Part shown: positions 11,098 to 22,570 of the stretch, piece by piece | Layout of the letters: each line of letters starts with the position of its first letter | Position numbering within the stretch: the stretch's first letter is position 1 | Source of the DNA: Cetorhinus maximus | Taxonomy: Eukaryota | Direction of reading: 5' to 3' | NCBI RefSeq assembly: GCF_964194155.1 | Contig: NC_135888.1 | Location: 112,592,001 to 112,656,000 of the forward strand | Length of the DNA: 64,000 nucleotides | Made by a program: the position numbers and the translations under genes | The notes under the pieces: model-generated | Told to the model about the DNA's origin: nothing | What the model saw: the letters and a program-made list of their open reading frames with translations, nothing else | The model's database searches: none

Positions 11098-14000
11098 GAA
11101 CCATAGAAAAGTTATGGTGCAGATAGAGGCCATTCAGCCCATCATGTCTGCACTGACCAAAAAGAGAATAAAGAAACTAGCCGCTCATTTTAATCCCTCC
11201 AGCACCTCATCCATAGCCTTGTAGATTTAAGCACTTCAGATGTAGATCCAGGTACCTTTTAAATGAGTTGAGCATTTCGGCCTCAAAAGCCAACTTAGGT
11301 AGTGAATTCCAGACGCTCACCATCCTCTGGGTAAATTAAGTTTTTCCTCATGTCCCCTCTAATCCTTCTACCAATCACCTTAAATCATGCCCCTGGTAAT
11401 TGACCCCTCAGCTAGGGGAAACAAGTCATTCCTGTCTACCCTATCTAGGCCCCTCATAATTTTGGACACCTCAATTAGGTCACCCCCTTAGCCTCCTCTG
11501 TTCTAAGGAAAACAGCCCTAGTCTATCCAATCTCTCCTCATAGCTGCAATTTTCAAGACCTGGCAACATTCTTGTAAATCTCCTCTGTACTCGCACCAGA
11601 GCAATTATGTTCTTCCTGCAATGTGGTGACCAGAACTGCGTACAAAATTCCAGCTGTGGCCTAACCCGTGTTTAATACAGTTTTCATCATTGCATCCCTG
11701 CTTTTGCATTGAATACCTTGGCCAATAAAGGAAAGCATTCCATATGCTTTCTTCACCACCTTGTCCACCTGTCCTGCCACCTTCAAGAACCTGTGGACAT
11801 GCACTCCAAGGTCTCCCACTTGATCAACCCCTCTCAATAACTTCCCGTTTATTGAGTATTCCCTTTCTTTGTTTGCTCTCCCCAAATGTACTCTTTTCCG
11901 GATTGAACTCCATTTGCCACTTCTTCGCCCACTCAACCAAACCATTGGGGAAATTTTTCTCCCCGTTGGGGTGGAAATGCAGGTGCGGGCACGAATAGGC
12001 ACACCTCAGATTGGCGCCCCCGATTGCGGGTGCCATGCCATTTTATGTGGGTGGGCCAATTAAGGCCCGCCCAGCATGACGTCTGCCAGGAAGCGCTATG
12101 CGCTCCTTGTGCAGGCGGGGTGGGGGGAGGGGGTGGAGGGGGGTGGGGGCATGCATGTGAAAGAGCGTACTGATCTCCCTGAGGCTAAGTGCTGCCTCAG
12201 GGAGATCGGCTCCAAATTTAAAAATGTTAAGGAGACGAAAATAAAATTTCCCTGACATGTCCCCTCATGTAACACTGTTACATGAGTTGGGACATGACCA
12301 ACTCTTTTACTGAAACCTTTATTAAATTAAGAATGATGAGGTTGTGGATGAGGTTTCATGCTTTTTCTTAAACCCGCCAGGGCTCCCGGCCTGCCCGCCA
12401 ACCCTAAGGTTGGACGGGCAGGTCCATTAATTATGTTAAGTACTTTTTAAATGGCCTCAATAGGCCATTGACAGGTTGGCGGGTGCACAGCTGATTCAGC
12501 TGCGCCCCTGCCGACCTGAAAATGGAAATGACGCGGGGCGACGTCAGGAGTTCCGCCCCGCTCGCCGACCGGAAGATCCTGCCCTTGATATCATGGAGTC
12601 GACAGCTATCCTCGTCACAATCAACCACACGGCCAATTTTTGTGCCATCTGTAAATTTCTCAATCATGCCTCGCAGATTTAAGTCTAAATCATTAATATA
12701 TACAACAAATAGCAAGGGCCCCAACACTGAGCCCTGTGGAACATCACTGGAAACCATTTTCCATTCGCAAAAACATCCATTGACCATTACCTTTTGTTTC
12801 CTGTCACTGAGCCAATTTTGGATCCAACCTGCCACCTTCCCCTGTACCCCATGAGATCTCACTTTCCTAATCAGTCTGCCATGTGGGACCTTGTCAAATG
12901 CCTTACTGAAATCTATGTAGACAACATCCGTTGCACTGCCCTCATCATTCCTCCTTGTTACTTCCTCAAAAAATTCTATTAAGTTAGTAAGACACAATCT
13001 TCCCCTAACAAAACCATGCTGACTGTCCCTGATCAATCCGTGCCTTTCTAAGTGACAGTTTATCCTGTCTCTCAGAATTGTTTCCAATAATTTGTCCACT
13101 ACTGAAGTCAGACTGACCGGCCTATAATTTTCTGGCCTATCCCTCGCACCCTTTTTAAACAATGGTACAATGTTTGCAGGCCTCCAATCCTTTGGGACCT
13201 CACCTGTATCTAGTGAGGATTGGAAAATGATCCTCAGAGCATCCGTTATTTCCTCCCTGGCTTCCTTCAACGGCCTGGGACACAATCCATCTGGCCCTGG
13301 TGATTTATCCACCTTCAAGGATGCCAGTCCTTCCAGTACTTCCTCTCTCACTATGCTTATTATATCTAATATTTCACACTCCTCCTCTTTAACTAGAATG
13401 TCTGCATCATCCCTCTCCTTAGCGAAGATAGAGACAAAGTACTCATTGAGAACCCTACCTATATCTTCTGCATCACAGATTACTATGCACATCTCTGATA
13501 AGCACTCCCTTTCCTTAGTTATTCTCTTGCTCTTAATGTACTGGAAAAACATCTTAGGATTTTCTTTGATTTTACTTGCCCATATTTTTTCATATTCTCT
13601 CTTTGCTTTTCTAATTTCCATTTTTACTTCACCCCTGTACCTTTTATACTCCTCTAGGCTTTCTACAGTAATAAGTCTTTTGTGACTGTCATAAGCTTTC
13701 TTTATCTGCCTTATTTTGGCCTGTCTGTTTCTGGATAACCAGGAGGCTCTAGATTTGGCAGTACCACCCTTTGTCTTTGTGAGGACATGTCTACACTATG
13801 CCCGTATAATCTCACCTTAGAATGCCTCCCACTGACTTGACACAGTTTTTCCTTCTAATAGCTGTATCTAGTCCACTCTCATCAATTCACCTCTTAGCTT
13901 TGTAAAATTTATCTTCCTCCAATTTAGAACTTTTACCCCTGTTCTATCTTTGCCCTTTTCCATAATGATGCTAAATCTAACTATACTATGGTCACTATCT

Positions 14001-14166
14001 CCAAAATGGTCCCCCACTGTTACTTCATCCACTTGCCCAACTTCATTTCCCAAGACTAAATCTAGTATTGTGCCCCTCTCTCTCATTGGGCTTGTTATGT
14101 GCTGGCTCAAAAGTTCTCTTGAATGCAGTTCAAGAATTTTGCACCCTCTGTGCCCATCACACTGTT
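11098..14166 (-). mobile_element. 5'-truncated CR1 LINE (part of EN, RT, 3' UTR), split by MITE 11948-12584
   Basis: ORF 12431..13621 has KSPGPDG, NYRPVSLTS, QHGF, DFSKAFDKV, PQGSVLGP, and a degenerate FTDG in place of FADD; 13868..14110 has LDLVL..SDH. Short flanking CTTA repeat. Confidence 0.92.
11948..12584. mobile_element. Harbinger-type MITE, family A copy 2
   Basis: Interrupts CR1 text ACCATTGATATC with 3-bp TSD TTG; homologous to copy 1 in opposite orientation. Confidence 0.8.
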
Positions 14167-14219
14167 CTTAAATATCTCTCTGTAACATTAATAAGACTTG
14201 AATTGTCTACTGAAACAAT

Positions 14220-14846
14220 GGGCAGAAACGGGGCCCGCTGCCATTTTGAGTGGGCGGGCCAATTAAGGCCTACCCAGCAGGCTGCCCGACGGGAAGCGCT
14301 ATACGATTCCTGTGCGGGGAGGGGAGGGGAGGGATTCCCCATCTGCCAAAGTGCGCTCTTTCACACATGCGCACGAAAGAGCGCACTGCTTACTGAGACA
14401 AAGTGCTGCCTCAGGGAGATTAGTGACCGGTAAGAAAAGTCAAAAAATAGAAAAATTAAAAAATTAGTAACATGTCCCCCTCATGTGACAATGTCACACG
14501 AGATGGGACATGTTAATAAAATTGACATAAACTTTATTAGGCTTTTTAAAAACGGACATGAAACCTCATCCTGCCAGTGGATGAGGTTTCATGTTTTATC
14601 AGAAGCCTGCTGGGGCTCCTGGCCTGCCCGCCAGCCTTAAGGTTGGACGGGCAGGTCTTTAATTATCTTAATTAGCCTGTCAATGGCCTTAATTGGCCAT
14701 TGACAGGTCGGCGGGCAGACAGCTGATTTCGCTGTCCGCCCGCCTTCCTAAAAATTTAAAGGGGGTTCCTCCCGACATCATCCTGTGTCATTTTCCCAAC
14801 GGTGAGCGGGCCCCGCCCCCAAATCACCAACGGGAAAATTCAGGCC
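14220..14846. mobile_element. Harbinger-type MITE, family A copy 3
   Basis: GGGCAGAA..AAAATTCAGGCC termini and conserved internal palindromes; boundary uncertain by 1 nt. Confidence 0.8.
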
Positions 14847-15344
14847 AAGGTTATATTTCTTTTCCTAGAACTCTCAATGTTGTAATTGCCATCAAAAGTG
14901 AATTGCATGTCTGGTTCTTTAATAAATTTTTATATAATTTAGAAATATATTTTCTCATATAGTCTTCTCTATCCAAACTCAAACACCCATCGCTGTATAC
15001 TCTTCAGCGGAGAGGTACATTGTTGAGGAGAGATGCCTGGACCTTTAAAATATCTGGGTTGTTAAAATCTGGCCAAAACTTGTTAAAAAGACTATCTGGG
15101 GGACAGAAGTATTCTTTGGTGGTTCCTTGCCTTCGGGGAGAGTTAGATCAGTTCTTCAAACCCATTTAAGTGTCTGTGAGACCTGTCTTTCTCAACCTTA
15201 AGTGAGAGTGATCATCCAAGGAATACGCCTGATCTGGAATAGTCCCGAAAAGTGACTAGGTGTATAATCTACTTCAAACAGAGTTTTGAAGCAGGCTGTG
15301 GGCAACTTTTGGTGTCACAGCAGAGAGAAGAAAGAGCAGCCTGA

Positions 15345-15790
15345 GAGTGTAGAGCCTTGGTTAGACTTTATCCGGAATGCTGCATTCAGTTTTGGATACT
15401 GCACCTAAGGACGGATCTTGAGCTTAGAGGTTGAGGGTTGATCTAATCAAGGGATTTCATAAGGTAGGTAGCGAAAAACTATTTCCTCTGGTAGGGGAAT
15501 CTGAACAATTGGGAAATAATTTTAAAATTAGAGCTAGACTATGTGGGAGTGAAATTGACAGTGATCTTTCAGGCAAAGGATCATGGAAACTGGAAGAATC
15601 TTTCCAAAAATGGCAGTGGATGGTGGGTCAATTTAAAATTTTCTAGGCTGAGATTGATAGATTTTTGTTCAGTAAGAATATCAAGAGGTATGGAGCAAAG
15701 GCAGGTAAATGGAATTGAGGTACATCTCAGCCATGGTCTAACTGAAGGACAAAACAATTGAGGGGCTGATAGGCCTGCTCTTGTTCCTAT
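15345..15790 (+). mobile_element. Decayed CR1 3' fragment
   Basis: Remnants of RALVR..EYCIQFW, KLFPLVGES and a CR1-type 3' UTR. Confidence 0.65.
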
Positions 15791-16373
15791 ACACTACTCC
15801 TGCTTATGCAGATTTCTTCAATGCTATCAATGAGGAAACTGCACAGGTAGCACAGATAGGAGCCGGCAGCACTCTCTGGCCTCCACTCCACTCCTGCCAC
15901 CACTCCCCACTCTCCACACCCACCCAGGGAATCAATGGAAGGCTTCATAGCACCACTTGAAGCTGCACTACACCAATACATTTCTCCCCCACTGAGCTCT
16001 TACATTCCCACAATTGATACTATTATTATTTAAGAGAAAAAAGGACAAAATTGTGACACTGTAAATCTGGAAGGAAAAGTGAAAATGCTGGAATTGCATA
16101 GGCGGTTTGTTAGTGTTTGAAAAGAGAAAAGATATGTTAATGTTTTGGATATAGACCCTTCATGGGGACTTTCATGCGTTTAAATGCAAATCAATAACCT
16201 ATCCATTCTCTTATCACATACTAACACACCTGCTGTGCATTTACTGTATTTTTTTTCATTTTAAACTGGGCCGTCAGGTGTACTAAGTCGACAATCCAAC
16301 TGAATATCAATGCCAGGCTATGAATTACATACTTTTAAAAATATTACTTTTAACAAATATATGTAATTCTTAC

Positions 16374-16543
16374 TTTCTTTGCTGTTAAAGATGATGATAT
16401 TTTCTTTTCTGAAGTCAACAGAACATTAGGAGATGATCTGATGACAATGTTCATCTTTTCACTAATTGTTCGTAGCTTGACTTTGTAGACTGGATCCAGG
16501 TCAGTCTCCGAATCAGGTGGGTTGATCTCTGTGACCTGTGGTT
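16374..16543 (-). CDS. SORBS-family gene internal exon: (E)PQVTEINPPDSETDLDPVYKVKLRTISEKMNIVIRSSPNVLLTSEKKISSSLTAKK
   Basis: 170 nt, phase 1 to 0, open frame, donor AAA|gtaaga, weak acceptor (ccataag). PVYK..EK..IVIR aligns with recalled SORBS2 PLYR..EKRVTVIK. Confidence 0.7.
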
Positions 16544-17136
16544 CTTATGGAATGAGATATAACATTAGGAATTCTAATTGTTTGCTTATAAGACAGATAA
16601 AGAACATATAGCAATTAGCACATATATTTGAGTGAGCTGTTGGTTACAGTAGTGATTTTAATGTCTTCAATATATTTCTCTGAAGAGGTAAATCATGAAT
16701 CAGTTCCTTCAATTCCTCTCACTTTCAATTAAAATTATAAAATAATTATTGCAGCTCCATAAGGAAATCTTCAATGACTTAAGGAGAAATCAAAAGAAAT
16801 AGTCCCTTTCATTGGATTATTTTAAAATACTTGGTTTTCCAGTTTCTATGTCCCCTGCATTCCATACACCACTACTTGTCCATGTGGCAGGAAGAGGGCC
16901 TTCTGTCAGGCTTCTACCAGTGCCATGCCGGAATCATTAGAACAACCTGGAATTACATTCTAATTTTCCATCCGTCTTTGTGGATAGGAGTTTGGCCTCT
17001 ACTCACTGTCTTCTCAAGTTTCACAACCGTGTATGGAAATCACCATGTGAGGAATCCTGAGCACAAATCACTGGGGCATCAGCTACTGAATCATCATTCA
17101 ACCTATCTTAATTTGCAATCCATTAAATAGAGTTAC

Positions 17137-17428
17137 CTGTTTCGGTATTATGCAGGTGTCTAGGATCAGCTGAAGATGCAGAGTTATCCACTTGCATGTT
17201 ATACACGGCCTGACATATTGTGCTGACTGAAGAAACTGGGCTTTCTGTTTCTGTGGTGTACCTTACATTGATGTTAGGACTAAGGGAAGATGATAGCTTT
17301 TCTGTTTCTGTGTTACATGGTATGTTGGACTGAGTTCTCACTGAAGATGCTTCTTGGTTCTCTTTTGTCCTCGTATTCTGGCTGTTTTCTTTGATATCTG
17401 CCACCCCATTGTGTATTGAAGGCTGGAA
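17137..17428 (-). CDS. SORBS-family gene internal exon (Ser/Thr-rich): FQPSIHNGVADIKENSQN...HLHNTET
   Basis: Acceptor tttctttgtcag and donor G|gtaact; 292 nt, phase 0 to 1; fully open (ORF 17123..17461) and in phase with both neighbours. Confidence 0.78.
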
Positions 17429-17589
17429 CTGACAAAGAAATAAGCAAAGGACTTTACTCAATAGAACATCAAATCAAAAAGTTATTGTAGCCCAGGAAAG
17501 CAAGTGCACAAACAGTATCACTACTAATTTAAATTAAATTACATTTAATTCACAGCTCTGACACATGCTGCATAGAAAAACCTAACTCT

Positions 17590-18557
17590 GGCCTGGATTT
17601 TCACTTCCGGGTCGGGAGCCCAGAATTTGAACATTTCCTGGCTCCGTGAACCCAACCCGGGAAAAAGAAGCCGGGTAAATTTTCATTCTAGGGGGCAAAC
17701 CGGATTAGAAGTCAGGCCTGCGCCTCCGGAACAAGTAAGGAGGCTACTGGGTGCAGAGGCAAGCTGGCTGGAAGGCCTGCCTCTGTGCACTGGCACTGTG
17801 TGAAAGATTGAAATAAGAAACAATAAAGCAAAAAAAATCCCTCCAGCCCTCACGCCTCACCCTGCTCACCCTCTGCCCCACCACATATTCCCCATACTCC
17901 ATCAATGCCAAGTCATGGCCACCCCATACCCTCCATGTCAACCTATGCCCCTGTGCCCATAGCAGGTTTTTTTAAAAATGCTCCAGACACTTTTTCTTCA
18001 AAATTTAAAGGGCAGGTTTTTTAAATGCCTTGAAACTTGACAGCTGCCTTTAAAAGTCCTGACAGGTTCTCTTGACAATTCTGACAAATTCCTTTGACAG
18101 GTACTTCCACCAGTTTTGGCAGTTGATTTTGATAGGTCTGTTGGCAGTTCCAATGAGCTTGACAGTAATGAGTTAATGTAATTTTTACACATGCCTACTT
18201 TTAACAATCCCAAAGAATGCCTGACCTACCCCAAAGGGCACCTTACCTCTCCAAGGGTATTCCAGGACCAGATCCAAAATAGTACTTTACCTCTCCAAAG
18301 GGGTACCCTGGCTATCCAAACAAATCTTACCAGGTTTAATCTGCATACTTCGTGTTTCACACACCTACCTACCAAAAATTGCACTTCAGTGAAGACAGCT
18401 GATGATTTAAATGGCCAGCTATCTCGGTAAACTGCGTATGCGTGAACTCCGGCCCGACTGCATTCCCGCCCCCGTGAAAACAGAAAGTGCCGTGTTTGGG
18501 GGTGGAACATCTAATTTCTGGGCTTGTCTGCCACTTTTGCCATGATGAAGATTTACC
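17590..18557. mobile_element. Harbinger-type non-autonomous element, family B
   Basis: GGCCTGGATTTT start, GAAGATTTACC end, GC-rich ends and AT-rich core with repeated TGACAG; similar architecture to 48144-49342. Confidence 0.55.
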
Positions 18558-20411
18558 TCAATTTAGAGGTGATTTCCTTGAGTTGACATTGAAGTTAAAA
18601 GAGTAAAGGCTTGGAAGTGAGAACATCAAATCAAAATAACCCGTGTTACCAATAATGGTGCAAAAATGCTAGAGAAGATCTTTAAGCCCAGGCAATGATT
18701 TCTTGCTTTGTAGAAGTATGTATGGTTGAAATATTGATTAATCTCAATAGTAGGATTACCCAAATGGATGCTAAAATTTCCCTTATATGCATTAACTATT
18801 CTGAATTTATTGTTTTGGCCAAGGAAGAAGGAGCTGCAAGGCTCTAGAATCACCCAGAAAAAGCTTGCAACTGCCAGTTAAGCAGCATACCCAAGAAAGC
18901 AACCTATTAACATCAGTGAAGAGGTGGAAATCCAGTTGAAAATATATGAATGTGGTATCATCAGGAGTAAAGAAAGATGTCAGCAGTTTACTGAGGTTTA
19001 AATCCAACAAGGAGTAGGGGAGCAGGGAAGGGAACAGGGAAGGCTGGAAGCAGATGAGATTTTATTAATTGGCCAGATATAAAGTTGTATTGTCATATAC
19101 ACCTGCCCATGATAAAGTTTACTGAACGCTGAATCAGCTTTGAATCTTTTATTCTGTAGTTAACCTCTACAACACTGGCCACTTTAATTTGGCTGCTTGT
19201 ATAAGCTGACCGTCTAAATGAGGATATGACTAAGCGATGTAGTTAGCAGAGTTCTTAACCGGGTCATGCCAATGTAAGCTATTTACTTAGTTTGGATTAG
19301 GAAAAAATGGACAAAAAATACAGAATTAAAAACTGGCTTACAGGCAACAGATTCACATGAGGGAACAAAATTAACTGTGGGAAGAAAACTTGTTTGGTCA
19401 AGTAATAGGAATCAAGGACTGTGTGTTTGTTAATGATCACTATCCTGAAACAACTCAGCATCCATTATTTGTCTCGTCATTGTAATATTGCATTTAAATA
19501 TGAACTCGAATATGTTTAACTTGTTAGGGCCAAAGGATTTTCGCAAGCGAGGCAGGAACCTCACCTCAGGAAATTACCTGACTCATCGGATTGGCCTTGG
19601 TAAAAAGTGCCCCGATACGCACAATTTTCACTGCAGAGGGGTGGCGGGGGACAGGGGTGATTGGAGGCAGGGGGGCGGGGGGGGGGGGCGGGGTGGTGGT
19701 GTTTGTGCGTGCAGGATAGAGAAAAGCTTGCCAAACTTGGAAGCAGATTGTAGGTGGCCACAGAGGCAGACAATTGCTGAGGCGGCTGGGGGCTGGTTAG
19801 AAGGCATGCCTCGGTTTTCTGGGACTTTGTCCCAGCTGTTTTAGAAGCTGATAGGCCCTCTAGCCCCTCACCTCCCACCCACCCTCATGCCCCCTTATAG
19901 CTTCCATGCCAACTCATTGACATCTCATGTGCCCCACCCACCCCCATGCCCCTCATAGCCTCCATATCACCTCCATAGCCACTCACCCAGTATCCATCAT
20001 GGACAGACCTCAAGAACCATGCGGAGATGAGAAATAAACTGCCAACAACCTAAGACAGCTCTCACTCAATACACATTTGATAGTGAAAGAAAACCTTCAT
20101 TCATTAAACCCATTCAAATCTTTCAAATCCCCTCAAGTGTTCATTTTTAAAATAAAAACAACCAAACAATTTTAACTTTTGTTTATTCCAGATATTTATT
20201 ATTTACTATCCCCAGCTACCATGGAAGGATTTGTTTAGACCTACTGGATTATTAGTCAAATAGCATAACCATTACGCTATCATACTCCTTTAAATGAGCA
20301 AGTATTTACAGCAAGATTAATATTCTTTTTTCTGTGATTAAGATTTCAAGTGAGGTTTTCTGGTTTGTATAAGAACAATTTCTTTTTACCAAAGAGATTT
20401 TTAGGCTTTAC

Positions 20412-20521
20412 CTGCACCGGTGATTTTCTGCCAGATGTAAGGAATTTTGGTCTCACGCTACGGAAACCCTTTGCTGCCAAACTGTTTTGGGGTTTTCCTT
20501 CTGGCACGCATGGATTCCACA
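20412..20521 (-). CDS. SORBS-family gene exon: (x)WNPCVPEGKPQNSLAAKGFRSVRPKFLTSGRKSPVQ
   Basis: Long polypyrimidine tract plus tag acceptor, CAG|gtaaag donor; 110 nt, phase 1 to 0. SLAAKGFRSVRP matches the recalled N-terminal motif of SORBS2 (SSLAAKGFRSVRPNL..RSPTQ) and SORBS1 (SSLAAKGYRSVHPNL). Confidence 0.88.
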
Positions 20522-21023
20522 CTACAAGGAAAAAGGAAAAGAAAAAAATGGGCATTTGTTAACAAATGGAAAGTTTCACTTTCTTCAGTTACTGGTGGGG
20601 TTGTTGGTGCTATTTAAAAATTGCATTTCTGGAGGGCGTCACTGGATCCCAACACCTCAGTGAGGACGAGCGCATGTGTGGGCTTTGAAAATCGGTTCCG
20701 GCTTTTAAAATGCTGGGGGGAGCAAGAAACCTGCTCGCCTCCAATTAATGCTCCATTAAGCTCCTTTAGGAGTTCGTTATAGGCTGGGGAGGAAATTGGC
20801 AAACCTGAGCATTCTGGTGCATATTAGTATATATAGCTGCTGGGTTCAATGAGGGGAGAAGTGAAATTTTTTTTAAATGGTGAGAAGTCTTGGGACCTGG
20901 GGGATCTTGCGTATTCCCTTTAATTTGGCCGTTGATGCTGCTGACCCTCCTAGGTGCTGCCTGTTACCTTCAGCAAGGCAATGGCAGATCCCATCATGGC
21001 TGCCACCTTTCTTTGACACTCAT

Positions 21024-21694
21024 GGGCCAACATTTTCCCCCCGTTGGGGGGGAAGAGCGGGACCGGGCCCCAGTGGGCGGGCCTCCGATCAGCGCCCCCA
21101 GTCGGGGGCGCGCAGCCATTTTAAGTGGGCATGCCAATTAAGGCCCACCCAGTGTGACATGCACCAGGAAGTGCTATGCACTCCTTTTGCGGGCAGGGAT
21201 GGATTCCCTTAGCCTGGAGTGCGCTCTTTCACACACGAAAGAGCGCACAGATCTCCCTGAGGCAGATCATCTCCAATGTAAAACTTGAAATAAAGAATTT
21301 TGAAAAATTTCCCTGCCTTGTCCCCTCATGTGACACTGACACATGAGTTGGGACATGTCCATAACTTTTATTGAACCCTTTCATAAAAATTTAAAGACCC
21401 TCATGAAACCTCATCCCGTCCGTGGATGAGGTTTCATGCTTTTTCCGAGTCCCGCCTTGGCTCCCGGTCTGCCCGCCCAACCTTAAGGTTGGACGGGCAG
21501 GTCCATCAATCACGTTAATTGGTTTTTTAATGGCCTTAATAGGTGGGTGTGCAGCCGATTCAGCTGTTCGCCTGCCGAACTGACAACCTAAATGACGCAA
21601 GGTGACGTCAGGACGCATGGCCGACGTATCCTCGCGTCATCTTGCGCGTCAGCGAGCGGGCCCCACCCCCGCTCGCCAGTCAGAAAAACCTGCC
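21024..21694. mobile_element. Harbinger-type MITE, family A copy 4
   Basis: TSD CAT/TAT and the same internal palindromes. Confidence 0.8.
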
Positions 21695-22546
21695 TATACT
21701 CTGCAGGCAGCTCCCACCTCCTGCAAAAGCTCAGCATCTCTAATTAGGGCACTTACATTTCACAATTGCATGAGTGACGGGTTTGTGGCATGGGGTCAGA
21801 CCTGGAAATTGTTCAGGTGCTGGTTTCTTGTTCCTACTTCAAAAATCTGGCCCTGTGTGTCTGTACTGATAAGAAAAAAATATAGGGGACAAATTGATCT
21901 ACATGCACCAGATTTTTGCATGTTAAATGAAGAAGTTTGGACGGTGACATCTGGTGACCGTCTCCCAGCCTCCAACGACCCCACCCCAGAAATGTGCCAG
22001 CTGCCAAATTGGGAACCAATGACTGAGTGTTAGGTTGTCTCTTTGGAAAGATGTTAGGCACCTTGAATATAGTAATCATGGGTCCAACACCTGTTTTGGC
22101 CTTTGTCCCTAAAATCGGCAAAAACCTGGTGGAGCACACTCTCTACAGTTTATCTGGGTCCTGTACTGTCTAAACAAGAATCGTCAAAGGCATTCCTGAT
22201 GAAAAAATATTTTTTCACTTCCCTTAATGTAGATCCAGGAAAAGCAAGAGTGCCTCATAACAGTATTGTGGGATGCTGCTGGCCCATATCCTGCCCTTGC
22301 AATTCTCAGACCCAATCCCCATGGCCCTCTGACACTTAGTCTTAATGATACCCAGTCCCTGCAATCATCAAACCTGACATCCGACCTCCATGATGACGAG
22401 ACCAGTCCCAATTAGCTGCAAGTGTCACAGCAGCCCAAACATACACTCGTCCTCACTGGAGAGTTCTTTTCGTGTCACCAGTTCTGTCAAATCAGTGTTG
22501 TATGCTGATGTTATGATCTGCCTATTCTACATACCAATGCCCTCAC

Positions 22547-22570
22547 CAATATGATGTGAGGAGAGATTCA
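22547..22570 (-). CDS. Candidate 24-nt microexon of the SORBS-family gene: (x)NLSSHHI
   Basis: gcttgtacag acceptor and G|gtgagg donor; symmetric phase 1-1, in frame with 20412-20521. SORBS2, as recalled, has a small phase 1-1 exon at this position. Confidence 0.45.

Larger units (their letters stand above)
10542..15340 (-). pseudogene. Putative fossil intronless ORF with LamG/ConA-like motifs, interrupted by CR1 11098-14166 and MITE 14220-14846
   Basis: Reading frame joins across the CR1 (shared CTTA). Ordered motifs QFTFDGNYNIESS, SITFSVWF, LWYFII and RLQDVVVLEHTIMPRHVDKLL*. Several stops and frameshifts. Recognised by eye only. Confidence 0.4.

Noticed and set aside
12431-13621. 396-aa ORF as an intact or domesticated gene
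   Set aside because: It is a CR1 RT fragment with a mutated catalytic motif (FTDG) reading through into a MITE.
10740-15340. Endogenous hepadnavirus-like or DIRS reverse transcriptase (TFDGNYNIE, VD..N.TE..L, LDNILV and ITYLG resemblances)
   Set aside because: Motif spacing and reading frames do not fit, and there is no YMDD/YLDD in a consistent frame. The LamG-like reading explains more motifs in order, though it too is unverified.
19638-19700. G-quadruplex regulatory element
   Set aside because: The G-run lies inside a GC-rich repeat remnant; similar runs recur in other MITE copies and nothing indicates function.
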